NCBI GenBank assembly: GCA_964016885.1
Contig: OZ024743.1
Location: forward strand, 128,216,001-128,280,000
DNA from: Eledone cirrhosa
Taxonomy: Eukaryota
DNA length: 64,000 bases
Direction: 5' to 3'
Made by a program: the position numbers and the translations under genes. Shown here in pieces: positions 52,539 through 64,000 of this stretch. The notes under the pieces were generated by a model. That model made no database searches. It saw nothing but the letters and a program-made list of their open reading frames with translations, and was not told the origin of the DNA. Every line of letters begins with the position of its first letter. Position 1 is the stretch's first letter.

Positions 52539-53289
52539 TGTTTATTTTTTTCCCCTTGAATTGGAAGGACATGAAACATCCAGAAGGTTCTAAAAGAAGT
52601 CAGCTAAAAGTAGTGATAAATTATACCATAAGAAGTGACAGAATATGGTGATGTTTTATGGGGATTGAAGATTTTCAATAAAGAAAGATTTATAAACCAA
52701 GCAGCTGTTTTCCAGCCTCAGCATAATCTAGGATGCTATTTATAATTATTTCTTTTAAAAAAATAGTCAGAAGAAGAGGGAAAGTACTATGAAGTTTTAT
52801 TGAAGGTGTTGATATCCAGTTTGAACAACTGTGAAATAAATATAGATGGAGAAATGAATAGTTTTTTTGTTTGCTTTTATTTAGCTAGAAATAAGGGCAG
52901 TGCACATGACCCTTTTGAGAGGCCTTCATGACTGGAGAAGGTGGGAGAAAAGGAAGGTATCCTTAAACCAGAAATCAGGCCCAAATGGTTGTAACAGAGT
53001 GGAGGACTCTATTAAATTCCCCCAATGGCCTGGTGGTGGAGTTCAACTGAGCAATGGATTAAGTCTACCACTCAGAACAGAGAAAGAGCCGGAACAAATA
53101 CTGCAAGGCTCTAATGGCTTATTAATCTACCGTTAATGTCATGATAATTTTAATGTTAATTTATAGCCCTTAGGGGGATGAAAGGCAAAGTTAACCTCAG
53201 TGGGATTTGAACTCAGAACACAAAGGTCAAGAATAAATACCACAATGCATTTAGTCTAACACTCTAATAACTCTGTCAATTCACTGGGG

Positions 53290-54130
53290 AACAGGAAATG
53301 AGAAAAAGTATCTAATGTGTAATCTGTTAAGTGAGAAGTAAAAATGGGACTGGATAGATAGTAAGCAGTTAACAAATTCTGAGAAGCAGAGGCCATTGTA
53401 GTAGTGATGAACATTATCAGTTATAGTTCTTTATGTAGAGGCAGAAGAAAATAAGCAAAAACATGGGAGTAGGGAAGTGCCAGTACTCATAGCTTCTACA
53501 GGTCTTCTATGCCAAGTGAAATTTATGTCACAATGGCTCTTTTTAAACTAATGTAAATCAACTCCTCAAAAAAAGACATGGGCAGTCAAAGAGTTCCAGA
53601 AGGCCAATATTCTGGACAGGAAGGACTCTGTATAATGATTTTTGTAGGGCATAGTACAATCAGACACAACATAGGCAATGAAAGGAGAAGAAATGGGTGA
53701 AGTAAGATTATCTGGATGGAAATGGCAAACGATTAGCCAACTTCAAAGAGAAGAGGCCATTGTAGAAGTGGTAGAAAAGTCAGAAAGAAGAGACAGCATG
53801 AGAGTTACTTTATGTCAATCAACTGACTGGCTTTTTCTGGATGTGGTCTGGAATGTGTGTATGTGTGTAGCATCAACACTATCCCAAATGTGGGAGTAGT
53901 ACTCCATTATGGGTCTTACCTTGCAGCCTTATAGAGGGTAGGTAACTATATGGGGTCGAAGTATTTTCAGGCCCTGAAGAGAAGATTCAGTCTTTGGGAC
54001 ATACTCCCAGTTATGTTAAAGATATACATTCACCATTAAAGATGTACATTCAGTGCATATGAAGCCTAGCACTGGAATGATCACGGGGGCTCTAGTTGCA
54101 TGCTGTTCTGTCTTAAGAGGCAAGGAAAAG
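53290..54130 (-). mobile_element. Old LINE C-terminal remnants (jockey/L2-like), two partial copies
   Basis: LYKA.VRPIMEY.SHIW; gaggccattgtag repeated at about 53389 and 53753. Confidence 0.55.
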
Positions 54131-54626
54131 GTTCCAGTGTTTTTTTTATATGAAAAATGCTTGTTTTTTTTTTGTTTTTTTTTGTTGTTTTTCTATTGAA
54201 AGAGATAAATCTTCTCACTTATAGTACATTAGTTTGTTTTAATCATCATAACCAAGATCATACTAAAACTCTGCCTTCATAGAGTAAGGATATATTTGGG
54301 TTTTGTTTGCATATGACAAACATTTAAATTTAAATGCCTCAGCAGCAATATGATTGCATGTTAAGGAAAAAAGGAGTAAGTGTGTTGATATCATTGATGA
54401 CATTGATACCATTGATGCTACCATCTGGGTGGGCCATGGGCAGGCCGGGGGTAAGCCCACCCTGTAGTTAGTATTGTATCTTGTTTTTGCAGTAGCAGCA
54501 TGTTTATGGTGTCTTAGAATATTACACTGTTTTTGATGGGTTTTTTTGCAGATGCTGATTATATTGTGTGTCTTGTCCCTCACACATATTTTCATTTTTG
54601 TCTCTCTCTCTCTCTCTCTCTCTCTT

Positions 54627-54689
<63 letters not shown>

Positions 54690-54842
54690 CATATATAATT
54701 ATAGTCTGGAACTAGCTGTTGATATGGTGAGAGCTCAGCTATCAGGTCCCAAATCTTTATGATATAATTCCAAGTATCAAGTACTCTGTTGACTAATGGT
54801 TTAACCAGTTTCAAACCAAATCCATCCTGATTGATGTACATA

Positions 54843-54972
<130 letters not shown>

Positions 54973-54987
54973 CATATATATAAACAC

Positions 54988-55021
<34 letters not shown>

Positions 55022-55803
55022 AACATATATATTTATGGGTATGCATATTATATTTTGTTATACTTGGGGAGGGTCATATTGTTATAATATTGCCAGAAAT
55101 AATAGCAGAACACACTCACTGTTTGGTTGGTTTTCGCTTCTGTATCTTTTATATCTCCATAGTTAATTTATTTGGCAATCAATGTTTATCATTGATTGAC
55201 CAGCAGTTAAAAATACAGATATATATATATAATATTAGGGATACTATTTATGGTTATGTATATATTAAAACATTTTATAGTTATGTATATTTTAAACCCT
55301 AAACAGTGAAGGTCAGTAATTTATTACTACCTTATTACCAATAAGATAAATAGCTCAATGTAATAACATCACTTGTTCTATAGAGCAGAAATATATATAT
55401 ATAGTCTATTAAAGTTCTTTCATCACACATCTGCAACATCATCAGTGGTACTATTATGTTTCCTCCTATTGTATTGTAATGTTTATTTCTATTGTAAATT
55501 ATTTTTCTCTAAATATAGTTTTTTTGAGAGAGATAGAGGCGATGACAGTGGGAGTTCAGCTCTTCCATGTTCAGACCATATCCTTCTGGTTCTGTTCCTT
55601 ATCTATAGAGTTCGTATTTAAAGAATCCTCTTTCTTTAAATCTATCAACCAATGACCTCCACCCACCCCAATCACCACCCTCTCCTACCACCAGAAAATG
55701 TATAAATACCACCATATTACATTGACAGTCAGCTCTCCTGATGTTTCCTCCTGAATGAAACAGTTCTAGTCCTGTAGAAGCCATTTCTATATTAAATATA
55801 TAT

Positions 55804-55910
<107 letters not shown>

Positions 55911-57164
55911 CATGCACAGGTGATGAAAATGGTGTTTTAGGAACTTGGGGTACCCTAAGGACCATAAAATTAATGTTGGGCTAGAAGTGGGGTAGACACT
56001 ATAATCCCTTATTTCTGGAAACTGAGAAGTAATAGAGCACCATCCACCTTCATCCTCTATCACTCACACACATGCATGCAACCCAGATAGTTGGGCAAGC
56101 ATATAAATAAACATTTAGTAAAGTTGAATGGGTGTAGATATGAATACATACACTGTATATACAAAAATGTGTGTATAAGTGTGTATAAAGACAAAATATA
56201 TTAAAAATAGAAACCAAAGGTGAAATTATTTCAAGACTTTGGCTGATATAATTCCATTTTAAAGGAGTGATGGTCACTGATAAGGACTCTAAAATATATA
56301 CTTTGTTGTCTGAAAGGTTACAAAAAAGTAATTATAGTGGTATACTGCCCCCACCCAGGAGAATGTATTAATGGTAAGTGAGGCCTTTCAATTAGGTGTG
56401 GTAGCTAGTGTTGGTGGGAGGAGTGGTGAGGTGGCTTTGTGATAGGATTATGGGGGTTGATATAGATGTGAGTATGTGGATGTGTGAGGATATATCTCCC
56501 TCATGGCTGTGTGCATGTGTGTGTGTATGTGCATGATTGTGATAGTATGTCCTTGCATGCATTGTGTTGTTGGTGAGAGCAGGATGTGCGTGTCTGCTTG
56601 TGTACGCATGTGTATGATTGTGAGTGTATCTGTCTGCATGTGTAGTAAAGCCAGTGAGAGTGGGGTGTGAGAATCTGTGAATATATGCATGCCTATGGGT
56701 GTGCCAAATATATTTGTTATAGTGAATTTCTGAGATAGAGGTGTGCATGTATGCGAGTGTTTGTGTTTGTTAATGTGTTCAAAGATATGAGTGTGTGTTA
56801 GTTTAGGGGGTTTGGGTGTGTATGAGTGATCCTGATCAGCTTCCATCAGTTTCCACAATAAGTGTTCTGTTTGATCCACAAAACAGTATGCTCAAGGAAT
56901 GAGCATGAAAGTGCCACAGAATTCCATAGACACATATACACTTAATGTAATTCTCAGGGAGATTCAGTGTGAAACAGTATGTGTCAATGCTGGCCTCTTG
57001 AATTATAGGTACTGTCCATCTAATGAGCTTCCAAACAGTTTCTGTCAACTCAATTTTACTCAAGGTTTGTGTGGATCAGAGGATATTGTGAATGATGCAT
57101 GCCCAATATGCCATGCAGGAGAATTGAATCAAAAGTTGTCTTAGGGGTAAGAAATATATTGTGT

Positions 57165-57590
57165 AGGGGTTATATGTGGTGGCTGTGTTGTAGTAGTTAT
57201 ATGTGGTGGCTGTGTGTTGTAGTGGTTATATGGGGTGGCTGTGTGTAGTGGTGGCTGTGTGTTGTAGTGGTTATATGTGGTGGCTGTGTGTTGTAGTGGT
57301 TATATGTGGTGGCTGTGTTGTAGTGGTTATATGTGGTGGGTGTGTTGTAGTGGTTATATGTGGTGGGTGTGTTGTAGTGGTTATATGTGGTGGCTGTGTT
57401 GTAGTGGTTATATGTGGTGGGTGTGTTGTAGTGGTTATATGTGGTGGCTGTGTGTTGTAGTGGTTATATGTGGTGGGTGTGTTGTAGTGGTTATATGTGG
57501 TGGCTGTGTTGTAGTGGTTATATGTGGTGGGTGTGTTGTAGTAGTTATATGTGGTGGGTGTGTTGTAGTAGTTATATGTGGTGGGTGTGT
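57165..57590. repeat. 27-29-bp minisatellite (tgtagtggttatatgtggtggctgtgt)
   Basis: About 15 units read directly. Confidence 0.92.
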
Positions 57591-57878
57591 ATGTACAGTG
57601 ACCGCTGGGATGGTATAATGGGGGGGGGGGAGAAGAGTATGGTTGACAATTGAAGTAGGTGTGAAGAATAAGAGGTGCAGTGAGAGAGAGAGAGAGCGGG
57701 AGAGATAGGCTGATGAGTGAGACAGATAGTGGTATCTGAGAGAGGGGCATGGAGCAATATCAGAGAGAAACAGACTGACAGATAAAGATAGACAGACAAA
57801 GGTGGCAAGACAGATACAGAACTTGGCTGAGCCAGACTGAGAGTGAGAAATACCGACAAACAGATACGGTGGGGGAGG

Positions 57879-57908
<30 letters not shown>

Positions 57909-57914
<6 letters not shown>

Positions 57915-58033
57915 TATTGAAATGGCTTCTACAGGACTAGAACTGTTTCATTCGGGAGAAATCATCAGGGCTTCTTGATGATTTCTCCCGAATGAAACAG
58001 TTCTAGTCCTGTAGAAGCCATTTCTATATTAAA
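57909..58033. repeat. Fold-back Penelope-LTR-like end containing a hammerhead variant (57969-58019); related fragment at 55735-55795
   Basis: ggcttc-TTGATGA-tttc..gaat-GAAAC-ag..ct-GTA-gaagcc; the opposite arm keeps CTGATGA. Confidence 0.75.
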
Positions 58034-58100
58034 TATTTATACTCTGCTATGTATTGAGTACCTTACTTACTGTGTCTACTCCTGTTTGAACCTGGGATAA

Positions 58101-58138
<38 letters not shown>

Positions 58139-58601
58139 TATATAATTGTTTCTACTTTAGGCACAAGGCCAGCAATAACCCAGTACATTACTGGTACTTT
58201 ATTTTATCGACCCCGTAAGGATGAAAGGCAAAATCAACCTCGGCGGGATTTGAACTCAGATCGTAAAGGGACGTAACTATGCTGGAAAGCATGGCGTCCG
58301 ACTCTCTACCGATACTGCCAATCCCCCGCCATTTTTATATATATATATATATATATAATAATAATAAATTTGAAGACTAAGAGGGCTCGATAAGGATAAA
58401 TATATATCAGGAACTGATTATACAGAGCGATTGCCAGTCCAGCAAAAATTGAAAATTAGGATTGGTGCTCTGAAATAGCGATGTATACATGAATGTATGT
58501 ATAGTATATTTGGCAATATACTGTATAATCAGTTCCTGAATTATTACTGGAATTCTATAAGAATCCAGCTTCTATAATTTTCAACAAAGATCAGCGAGTG
58601 C

Positions 58602-58647
58602 TAAGCTCTGATGAACACCAACAGTGTGAAACAGATCTGTCAGCTTA
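58602..58647 (+). ncRNA. Minimal type I hammerhead ribozyme, intact consensus
   Basis: taagct-CTGATGA-acac(caaca)gtgt-GAAAC-agatct-GTC-agctta; cleavage predicted after C58641. Confidence 0.85.
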
Positions 58648-58803
58648 TCTCCCTTTGTTGAAAAAAGAAGTAAGTGACATAGTCACTACTTTAAAATAAT
58701 AGCGCATGGTCTTCAAAATGTTTTAAATTAAACATACAGTATATTGCTAAATATACTATACATACATTCATGTATACATCGCTATTTCAGAGCACCAATC
58801 CTA

Positions 58804-59059
<256 letters not shown>

Positions 59060-59120
59060 CCTAACTCATCCCATGGACTGAGTGTTCTACCACTACGGAT
59101 ATTACCTTCCAGTGTTCTAC

Positions 59121-59159
<39 letters not shown>

Positions 59160-59253
59160 CATATAACACATATATACATACACATATATACATAGATATA
59201 TATATATACATACATATATAGATATATACATACATACATACATATACATATAC

Positions 59254-59288
<35 letters not shown>

Positions 59289-59315
59289 GATAGATACATA
59301 CATATACATACATAT

Positions 59316-59349
<34 letters not shown>

Positions 59350-59402
59350 ACATATACACATACATATACATACATATATTTATATATAAATATAAATATA
59401 CA

Positions 59403-60873
59403 CATCATCATCATCATCATCATCATCAACGTTTAACGTCCGTGTTCCACGCTTGCATGGGTTTGGACGGGGGTAGTCCCACTTGAGGCAAGAGTGATTG
59501 TCTTGCTCGCATAGGACTGTCTGGCAGGTTTTCTACAGTTGGATGCCCTTCCTAACACCAACCACATTTACAGTGTGGGTCTGGGAGGTTTTTACCGTGT
59601 TGCCTACACGGCCACATTACAGCGTGGACTGTGTGTTTTTTTTGTTGTGACACCTACACGATCTCATTTGTTTCGGCCTGGATGGCGCGGCACCAACATA
59701 ACTTTACATAGAACGGGGTGGTGTGGATGGGGTGGGGGTGGTGGTGGTGGGACGGGGTGTATTTTGTTAGAGATGCCTACTGGCTGGAGTAGGTTTTACT
59801 ATATATTTAGGTAAGGCGGGTCTTCTCTGTTACTGAGTACCGCCAAAGGTCTCGGTCCAGTGACATTGTCTTGGAGAGGTGTAAGTGTGTGATGTCGGAG
59901 TTTATCAGCTCGTCCCAGGTTTTTCTAGGTCTGCCTATTCCGTGACTACCGTCTATCTTTATTGCCCTGCACTTTGTTATACAGCTATCGACTTTCATGC
60001 GCATCACGTGTCCATACCAACGTAGCCTTCTCTCGAGTAAACAACATCTGATCCCTCTTATCTCTAATTTTTTCCTTAGTTCGTTTATGCTTTGCCGTTC
60101 ACGTATATTACTGTTACACATCCAGCGGAGCATGCAAGCTTCGTTCCTCTCTAGTCTGCGTATATCCTCTGCACACAATGCCCAGGTCTCACTGCCATGC
60201 AGCATTGCTGTTCGTATGCAGGCATCGTACAACCTGCCTTTCATTTTTAGGGAGAACCCTTTAGCAGCTAATAGTGGTATAAGCTCTCTGAACTTTTTCC
60301 AACCAGTTCTGACTCGAGCTACAGTACTTTCAGAGCACCCTCCCCCACTGCTGATTTTATCGCCCAGGTAACGGAAGCTGTCCACTATTTCTATAGAACC
60401 CTCTGCGCAATTGAAAGAGCTAGTATTTTGTGGGCACTTGCTGCTACTTATTGCACCAGAACACCGGCCACATGTAAAATCTATGTTCTTAGTTAGCTTA
60501 CCTGTGATCCCACTACATCTTTTATGCACCCATACTTTGCATTTAGGACATAAAATGGAGTTTCTACCTACGCCTTTCCTACACACCGAGCACGACCATT
60601 TCCCAGAAGGGACCGCCGCCTTGTTTTCTTTCCTACAAACTAGAACTTTGGTCTTAGCCAGGTTAATTTTAAGTCCTTTTGACTCTAGGCCGTGCTTCCA
60701 TGTTTGGAATTTCTTCTCTAGCTCGGCCATTGATTCCGCTATGAGTGTCAGGTCGTCTGCGTATAGGAGTTCCCATGGGCAGCCTGTCTTGAACTCCTCT
60801 GTTATAGCCTGAAGGGCAATAATAAATAGTAGGGGGCTGAGAACAGAGCCCTGATGGACGCCAACTTTTACGC
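59403..60873 (-). mobile_element. Young 5'-truncated RTE LINE, same family as 42660-44720
   Basis: Open frame [13 protein letters not shown]...LYADDL...EKTRLT; same 3' UTR and (GAT)n tail. Confidence 0.95.
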
Positions 60874-60924
<51 letters not shown>

Positions 60925-61207
60925 CACATACATATCCACATACATACATGTACACATACATATATATATGTGTGTGTGTGTTTATATGTATGTGTATATG
61001 TATATATATTTATCTAAAAGCGAGGATGTGTGTGTGTCTGTGTACAACTTTGGACACCTAAGGCTTTTACAATTCCCAACCAAATTTGACCAAATTTTCT
61101 GTGCACGTTGCACCTGTCACTAAGATGGTCAAATCGACCCCCGTTGAGCAATAAAAAATTCATAGCAAAATTATCGATGGCAAAATAATTTTTTCTAAAG
61201 TGCATGA

Positions 61208-62085
61208 TGTAAGGGAGATAACAATGAAGACAAAATCCTTAAATTTTTAACCCTCTTAGATAGACACTTTCCCATAGATCACAAATACCGCTCCATCTTT
61301 AACAGACACAGAGTAAAACTAAGGTACTTCTGCACTAAGAATATGAAGGCCCACATCACCAACAATCCTAAGAGCGGCACTCCACCAGGATGCTCATGCC
61401 AAAAGCCTGAAACTTGTCCCCTTCAACAGCAATGCAACACACCCTCTGTAGTTTATGAAGCTGTGGTCACTTCCAACCGACCAAATCAACCACAGGAGGT
61501 CAAATCCTATGTGGGTCTGGCGGAGGGCCGATTTAAGGAACGCTTCCTGAACCATCAGTCGACCTTTAGGTAATCGGACAAACGATCATCCACAAAGCTC
61601 ACGAGCCACGTATGGTCTCTCAAAGGCTCAGGTATAGACTACTCCATTCAATGGAAAGCTATCACTAAGTTCAAGCCATATACAAGGGGCAATCCGTCTT
61701 GTGGACTGTGATTTGAAGAAAGGATAAATATTCTAAGGAGATTACGCAATAGCGATTGCCTAAATTCAAGAAATTAAATCTGCTCATGTTGTCCACATGT
61801 CTGGAAACACCTCTTGCATAACTACAAAGCTCCGGATTGAATAACAACAACATTCTAATTTTCTAATCAACTCGAACATTGTAATCCTGGACATTCGTAG
61901 TTATCTCCCTTACACCTTTCGCCCGTGGTATTGTATCGCTTGGGTGAAGTGACCGTTTCTGCGCATGTGCGTTCATACAGTTGTTCTTCCTGTTCTGTAT
62001 AACCATTACCAGTCCGAGCTGAAGATCCGCATAAGGTGAAACAATTGTTCTCGGTATGGTGAACTCATTGTTGTGTTACTATTAC

Positions 62086-62090
<5 letters not shown>
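61208..62090 (+). mobile_element. Penelope-like element 3' part (RT C-terminus, Cys-rich linker, GIY-YIG endonuclease, LTR-like tail)
   Basis: HFP..HKYRSIFNR..VKL.Y.CTKNM, C.C....CPL..QC, VVY...YVGL...FKERF.NH, W.LK......W; contains stops. Confidence 0.85.
62014..62054 (+). ncRNA. Minimal hammerhead ribozyme in Penelope tail
   Basis: ccgag-CTGAAGA-tcc(gcataa)ggt-GAAAC-aatt-GTT-ctcgg; weak stem II. Confidence 0.7.
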
Positions 62091-62144
<54 letters not shown>

Positions 62145-62318
62145 ATATATATATATATATATACACACACACATACATATATATATACACACATACATCA
62201 CATATATATACACATACACATATATATATATATATATATACACATACATACATATATATATATATACACATACATACATATATATATATATATACACATA
62301 CATACATATACACATTAT

Positions 62319-62376
<58 letters not shown>

Positions 62377-62858
62377 TAGCTAAACTACCCGTCCTATGGA
62401 CGGTTCATGTAGCTTTCGATGTAGCTCATTAAACTAAACAAAGTAAATTTGAATACATAGAAGAAAAACGTACTTTATGTAAACATGAAAACCTTAGGCA
62501 CTATTCCAGCGAAATGATATTGTTATTATCTTTGTTTCAAGTAGAAAGAGTAAATTAAAACCCGACTGAAGCTAATTACGAAAGATAACTCTTGATTAGG
62601 AAACATAACTATTGTGTTACTTAATCACGAAAATCCACACAAATAACCCAAACTTTTTTAATGTCTCCAAAGGACCCAATATCGAATTTTGAAAGCCTTT
62701 GAAGATCATGTACAGGTGTTGTGCAAGGAGAAGCTCTGTAAAAAATTTCAAAGAAATCGCATGAATGGTGTAGAATATATGAGCCCTCATTAAAAAAGCT
62801 TGACACACATATCCACATACACACATATACACAGAAATTTTCAGATTTATATATATAC

Positions 62859-62937
<79 letters not shown>

Positions 62938-64000
62938 TTTGGCATTAGTTAGAGTGTAGACAAAATGCATTGTGGTTTTAGTTCTGGTTTGCTACACTCT
63001 GATTTCAAATCTCACTATGGTTAACTTTGCTTTCATCCTTTTCAGATTGATTAAATATAGTACATATCCAGTGTAATGACTTGGTGGAATTGTTAGATCA
63101 TTAGACAAGATCACGTATGATATTTGTTCTGGCTCTTTTTTCCATTCTAAGTTTGAATCCCATTTTGGTCTACTCAAGTTATAAACTTAATCTGCTGGTG
63201 GAGATTTGAGGAGACTGGTTGGTAGTATGTGTCTGTAAGAGTCATAACAGCTGATTTGTTTTTTACCATTTAATCTGGGAGGAAAGTGCACTGATCATGA
63301 TCCCTTATATTTTCCAGGTCTTACATAACTATAGAAAAAATGGGAAGAAGGTAGCCTCAAACTGGAGACCTGATCTGAATGCTTGCAACAGGCATAAAGA
63401 CTAGAGACCTAATCTGAACTCTGCAAAAGGCATCGAAGGACATGGTGGTGGTGTTTAACAGCATGACAGATTGTCTACCACTCAAAGTGAAAAGGGTATG
63501 TTAGATTATAATTAGAAGTTACATTTTATGTTTTAATATAGGAACTGAACTCTGAGTGGAAAGAGCCAGAATAAATATGGCATGGCATCCTATTTGATGC
63601 TCTAACAATTCCACTAATCCACTGTGCCATTTGGGACATTATTCATCAATTGTAGAAGGATAAAAAGCATTTCATTAGATGCTCAAACAAATCTTCTAAT
63701 CTATCACTGCAGTCTGGTACATTATTTTTGTTTTACTCCAGAAGGATGAAAGGCAATGTTTGACTTTGGCAGGAACTGAATGCAAGATGATATAGCATAA
63801 GGCATCTTGTCTGATGTTCCAACAATTCTACCAATCTACCTTGGACAGGTAAATTATTTATCAACCCTGGATATATAAAAAATAAAATTGACCTGGATGG
63901 GATTTGAATTCCAAACGACAAGAACCAGAACAAATACCTCAAGGCATCTTAACTGATACTCTAACAATTCTGCTAATCCATCATCCAAGACTGGTACTTT

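Noticed and set aside
57203-57750. Cys/Trp-rich or Thr/Tyr-rich ORFs
   Set aside because: Translations of the 27-29-bp minisatellite.

Overview
AT-rich, repeat-dense animal genomic DNA; the SINE/RTE/Penelope content and (TA)n load suggest a cephalopod such as Octopus, but that is inference. Almost none of the listed ORFs are genes. Manual splicing gives two convergent multi-exon genes. (1) On +, 4879-9344, a 5-exon gene (intron phases 1-0-0-0) encodes a 228-aa secreted protein whose exon layout and helix patterns match the IL-6/G-CSF long-chain four-helix cytokines. Its TATA promoter carries IRF-, AP-1- and kB-like motifs. This is the best candidate for an undescribed system: an invertebrate IL-6-like inducible cytokine. 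(2) On -, 47420-27102, a 9-coding-exon ceramide glucosyltransferase (UGCG)-like gene of 405 aa has an intact frame but lacks the equivalents of K124, D144 and H193. The rest is mobile DNA: a CR1/L2-like RT, two young RTE copies, Penelope-like remnants with several minimal hammerhead ribozymes and fold-back palindromes, mariner/Tc1 relics, tRNA-type SINEs and minisatellites. All comparisons with known proteins were made by eye from memory; no searches were run.
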